Positions 60,707-64,000 of a stretch of DNA of 64,000 bases are shown here, piece after piece. The stretch comes from a bacterium (GTDB lineage Bacteria; Bacillota; SLNR01; JBMNPB01): the NCBI GenBank assembly GCA_050943375.1, contig JBMNPB010000001.1, forward strand, positions 29,392 to 93,391, in the 5' to 3' direction. The notes under the pieces were generated by a model. The model was not told the origin of the DNA, did not search any database, and worked only from the letters and a program-made list of their open reading frames with translations. A program made the position numbers and the translations under genes. Within the stretch, counting starts at the first letter, position 1. Every line of letters begins with the position of its first letter.

Positions 60707-61708
60707 CTACATCTCCAGAGCAACGGCATGGGCCACGCAAGGGATGCTTTCCTTTTGCTGATAAGACAGCGGTGAAAGCAGAGCCCCGGTAGCGACAATT
60801 AAAATTTTGTTCAATTCCCCCTCGCGCATCCGCCGGAGGAAATGTCCGTAAGTGACGGTAGCCGAACAGGCACAGCCGCTGCCACCGGACATGACCGGCT
60901 GATCTTCGCCGTAAATCAAAATACCGCAGTCGGTGAAGATAGACGGTGGAATCGAGAGCCCGTGCTCGGCCAGCAAGTCAGACGCAATCCGGAAACCGGC
61001 TTTGCCGAGATCACCGGTGGCAATCAAATCGTAATAGGAAGGGTCACGGCCCAAATCTTTGCAGTGCGCCTGGATTGTGTCGACGGCCGCCGGAGCCATG
61101 GCCGCCCCCATGTTGAACGGGTCGGAAATACCCATGTCGACGATGCGGCCGATGGTCGCGGCCGTTACCTTTGGCCCGTCGCCCTGGGGGGCGACAACGG
61201 CAGCTCCGGCACCGGTGACTGTCCACTGAGCGCTGGGCGGCTTTTGCGAGCCGTACTCGGTCGGGTAACGGTATTGTTTTTCCGATGCTCCGTTATGGCT
61301 TGAGGTGGCGGCCAAAACGATCCGGGCTGCCCCGCTGTCAATCAATTGGGCGGCCAGGGACAATCCTTCCATGGAACTGGAGCAGGCCCCGTATAAGCCG
61401 AGAAAAGGGATGCCGAGAGTACGGGCGGCAAAGCTGCTGGAGATGATCTGATTCAGCAAATCACCGCAGAGGAAGAAGTGGATGTCTTCTTTTTTGGTGC
61501 CGGCTTTCTCGATGGCGATTGCACAGGCCTGCTCCAGCAGCTTTTTTTCCGCCTTTTCGAAACTGTTCTGCCCGAGATACATATCCGAATGGAGGATATC
61601 AAAAGAAGCGGCTAAAGGTCCCCGGCTTTCAAAGGGACCACCGACGGCAGACGAGGCGATGATAACCGGTTTTGAGTTGAATACCCAAGATTGATGGCCC
61701 TGCAGCAT
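60707..61708 (-). CDS. spoVAD: Stage V sporulation protein AD
   Basis: GDLLNQ, YGACS, QYRYPTEYG, TGDLG, GGSGCAC, ESIP..AHAV. Confidence 0.95.
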   Translation of the reverse strand: MLQGHQSWVFNSKPVIIASSAVGGPFESRGPLAASFDILHSDMYLGQNSFEKAEKKLLEQACAIAIEKAGTKKEDIHFFLCGDLLNQIISSSFAARTLGIPFLGLYGACSSSMEGLSLAAQLIDSGAARIVLAATSSHNGASEKQYRYPTEYGSQKPPSAQWTVTGAGAAVVAPQGDGPKVTAATIGRIVDMGISDPFNMGAAMAPAAVDTIQAHCKDLGRDPSYYDLIATGDLGKAGFRIASDLLAEHGLSIPPSIFTDCGILIYGEDQPVMSGGSGCACSATVTYGHFLRRMREGELNKILIVATGALLSPLSYQQKESIPCVAHAVALEM

Positions 61709-62188
61709 TTACATCCCACCCACTTCTTTGATAACGATCTTAATCAGCGCAACCACAAAAGCGGAGAAAACCCCGTAAGCGATAACGGGTCCGGCCAGCT
61801 TGAACATATTGGCGCCGACGCCTAAGACGAACCCTTCGCTCCGATGCTCGATGGAGGCGGAGGCGACAGTATTGGCAAAGCCGGTCACCGGCACGGCGCT
61901 TCCGGCGCCGGCGAATTGTCCGATGTGGTCGTAGACACCCAAGCCGGTCAGCAGAGCGGAAAGCATTATCAAAACGGCTGCTGTCGGATTGCCGGCCGAC
62001 ACCTCGTCAAATCCGTAATAAGTGATAAAGAACCACTGCAGAATCTGGCCGAAAAGGCAAATGGTGCCGCCCACGAAGAAAGCTTTGACACAATTGAAGA
62101 ATACGGGCCGGGCCGGAACCCGCTGCTGTGCGAAAGCTTGATATTTCAATTGGGTCGGGGTCATTTTTTTCGATTTTAGATTGGACAT
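61709..62188 (-). CDS. spoVAC: Stage V sporulation protein AC
   Basis: AFFVGG.IC..GQ, GAGSAVPVTGFAN, EG.VLGVG..MFKLAGPV. Confidence 0.93.
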   Translation of the reverse strand: MSNLKSKKMTPTQLKYQAFAQQRVPARPVFFNCVKAFFVGGTICLFGQILQWFFITYYGFDEVSAGNPTAAVLIMLSALLTGLGVYDHIGQFAGAGSAVPVTGFANTVASASIEHRSEGFVLGVGANMFKLAGPVIAYGVFSAFVVALIKIVIKEVGGM

Positions 62189-62196
62189 GTTTTCAC

Positions 62197-63054
62197 CTAC
62201 CGTAATAGAAATGGTTTCAGATCGGCAATTATTGCCGCCAGTTTGTCCGCATCGGCGGCATACATCGCCTTGGCTTCCTGATCTTCCGTCGCGAGAGTGT
62301 AACCAGCCAGGTCGGTTCGGCATTTCTCGAGGCTCGCATAGACTCTTTCCCTGACTTTTGGCTGGGGGACATTCAGATTATCGTCGAACAAGTCGAGATA
62401 CAAGTCGCCCGCGCTGTCCGCCTGTCCGAGGAAGATGTTGCTGACGTCGATGCCGGCCTTGGTAATTTCCGTTTGCAGCCAGCCTCGGCTTAAACCAATT
62501 GCCGCCAACGGTTCATCGAGAATATTCCCGTCGAGAATGATGGTCTGGACTTCCGCCTGCGGGATTACGGCTTGGCCCAGATCGCGCGGGGTGACTGGTT
62601 TTCGGTCCGATTTCAGCAGAACATCGAGGCTGCCGTCCGTTTCCATGGCCGCGAATTCCACATCGGCCAGACTGAAGGCATTTCTTTTGCGCAATTCTCG
62701 CAACAGCTCTTCACCGCTGAGTCTCTCGCGGCGAAGGTTCTCTTCCATAATTTTGCCGTCCTTGATCAGAACTGTCCCGCTGCCCATAATCCAGTCGCGG
62801 AAACGCTTGTTTCTCAGCGCCAGATACTCAATGGCCACGGGGGCAAGGACCCAGACGGCCAAGGCGAATAACCCGAACCAATAGTTTTCAATTCGGCCGA
62901 GTGTGAGGGAAGCAGCCAAGACGGCAATAACGCCGTAATTCACGAGCCTGAACGGATGCAGGCTGGTAACATTCCGTCTGCCCATGATCCGGACCAGGAA
63001 AAAGGTCAGCAAGAAGACGCCCGCTGAGCGGGACAGGATTTCCAGCCATTGCAA
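62197..63054 (-). CDS. DUF421 (YetF-like) membrane protein with C-terminal DUF1657-like segment
   Basis: RIMGRR, LIKDGKI.EENL, LRELR...F..ADVEFA..ETDG, ending ATEDQEAKAMY. Confidence 0.85.
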   Translation of the reverse strand: MQWLEILSRSAGVFLLTFFLVRIMGRRNVTSLHPFRLVNYGVIAVLAASLTLGRIENYWFGLFALAVWVLAPVAIEYLALRNKRFRDWIMGSGTVLIKDGKIMEENLRRERLSGEELLRELRKRNAFSLADVEFAAMETDGSLDVLLKSDRKPVTPRDLGQAVIPQAEVQTIILDGNILDEPLAAIGLSRGWLQTEITKAGIDVSNIFLGQADSAGDLYLDLFDDNLNVPQPKVRERVYASLEKCRTDLAGYTLATEDQEAKAMYAADADKLAAIIADLKPFLLR

Positions 63055-63071
63055 AGCGATTCCCCCCCCAG

Positions 63072-63278
63072 TCATAAGCCCTGATATTGATTCTCCCGCG
63101 CTTCCAAAACCCGGATTCGGGCTTGCAAATTATCGATAACACCGTCAGCGGTGGCGATGGATTTTTCAAGAACGGCTTGCGTTGACTCATCCCGGACCTG
63201 GGTCAGATAGAGGCGCAGGATGCCCTGCGCTCCTTCCAGAGTCGCCAATGTTTGTTTTACTTGGGAGATTACGGTCAT
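63072..63278 (-). CDS. DUF1657 family protein
   Basis: MTV.SQVKQTLA.L......E..E.QY.G pattern; heads the spoVA locus. Confidence 0.8.
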   Translation of the reverse strand: MTVISQVKQTLATLEGAQGILRLYLTQVRDESTQAVLEKSIATADGVIDNLQARIRVLEARENQYQGL

Positions 63279-63501
63279 TGTCAATGTCCTCCCGAATAGA
63301 ATTCCCGCCTAAATTGCTTCGCGGTTCGGACCGGAAGCAGAATGATGCGACGGACTGATAGTATTGAGCCTCGTTTGGCAAAAGCACCGGCTCCGGTTTC
63401 TTCCTATATATTCTGTATTTGTTCACACTCCTATGCAAAAGCAAAGCTGAAAAGAAAAGGAAGAAGCGGCGGCAGAATTGAAAGACGGACGGTGAAAACG
63501 C

Positions 63502-63530
63502 TTGCGATATTTGCCTAGACATGGTATTCT
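63502..63530 (+). promoter_or_regulatory. Sigma-A-like promoter upstream of the ABC ATPase leader
   Basis: TTGCGA, 17 bp, TG-n-TATTCT. Confidence 0.55.
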
Positions 63531-63550
63531 TTTAGTAGGTGGGAGGTGAA

Positions 63551-63673
63551 ATGATGAAGACGACCGATTTAGTCAACAGCATTTCGGACAGAATTAAACA
63601 TTATGTCTCCCGGATTTCGGCAGACAAAGGTAACAAGGGGGGAATCTGTCCAAAAACGGATAATGTTGACTGA
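63551..63673 (+). CDS. 40-aa leader peptide/uORF
   Basis: Strong RBS GGGAGGTG; reads MMKTTDLVNSISDRIKHYVSRISADKGNKGGICPKTDNVD*. Confidence 0.55.
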   Translation: MMKTTDLVNSISDRIKHYVSRISADKGNKGGICPKTDNVD

Positions 63674-63835
63674 GCGGACGGAAGCATCATTGTGGGAGAA
63701 AGAACTGCCCGGGTGATTTGTCCGCCCGGGTTTTCTGTTGCGCAAGGGAGTTTAGGCAGATAATCAATTGGCAATTCTGGGCAGCGGATTAATCCGGCTG
63801 CCCATTTTATCTGAGTGAAAGAAAGGGTGTCGGGA

Positions 63836-64000
63836 ATGCTGAGCATTGCTTTGCACGAAGTGCATAAATATTACGGAGAAAGACATGTTCTTAAAGGGGT
63901 ATGCTTTGAAATTTTTGAAGGGGAGAAGGTCGGGCTGCTCGGCCCAAACGGATCCGGCAAAACAACATTATGCAATATTTTGTCCGGAGCCGAGAAGTGC
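63836..64000 (+). CDS. ABC ATPase, probably ABC-F family, 5' part only
   Basis: MLSIALHEVHKYYGERHVLKGVCFEIFEGEKVGLLGPNGSGKTT (Walker A); truncated by the window end. Confidence 0.75.
   Translation, partial: MLSIALHEVHKYYGERHVLKGVCFEIFEGEKVGLLGPNGSGKTTLCNILSGAEKC

Overview
Chromosomal window from a fairly GC-rich, endospore-forming Bacillota (Firmicutes) bacterium, judged from spoVAC/D/E, a T-box, a c-di-AMP riboswitch and sigma-A promoters. The housekeeping backbone is: split transketolase, ftsE-ftsX-envC-ctpA, uvrB-uvrA-uvrC, T-box-proC, PHP-rapZ-yvcK-whiA, gap-pgk-tpiA-gpmI-eno-secG, a membrane pyrophosphatase, smpB-ssrA, trkAH and a spoVA locus. Three accessory blocks stand out. (1) A ~12 kb defence island (about 21.8-34.0 kb) encodes a SNF2 helicase, DUF4391, a coiled-coil TIR protein, and type III Mod and Res; it is bracketed by REP-like palindrome clusters and carries several single-base lesions. 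(2) A group IIC intron (43567-45473) is inserted behind the hppA terminator. (3) A six-gene operon under a c-di-AMP riboswitch (45.5-52.7 kb) encodes two opine-dehydrogenase paralogues, a Ddl-like ATP-grasp ligase, a hotdog thioesterase, a GlmL/MutL-type mutase reactivase and a single-chain B12-binding enzyme. Block 3 is my best candidate for an undescribed pathway, possibly making an osmolyte or cell-wall metabolite. The gap gene of the glycolytic operon also lacks its catalytic cysteine. All family calls come from recognising motifs by eye; no searches were run.
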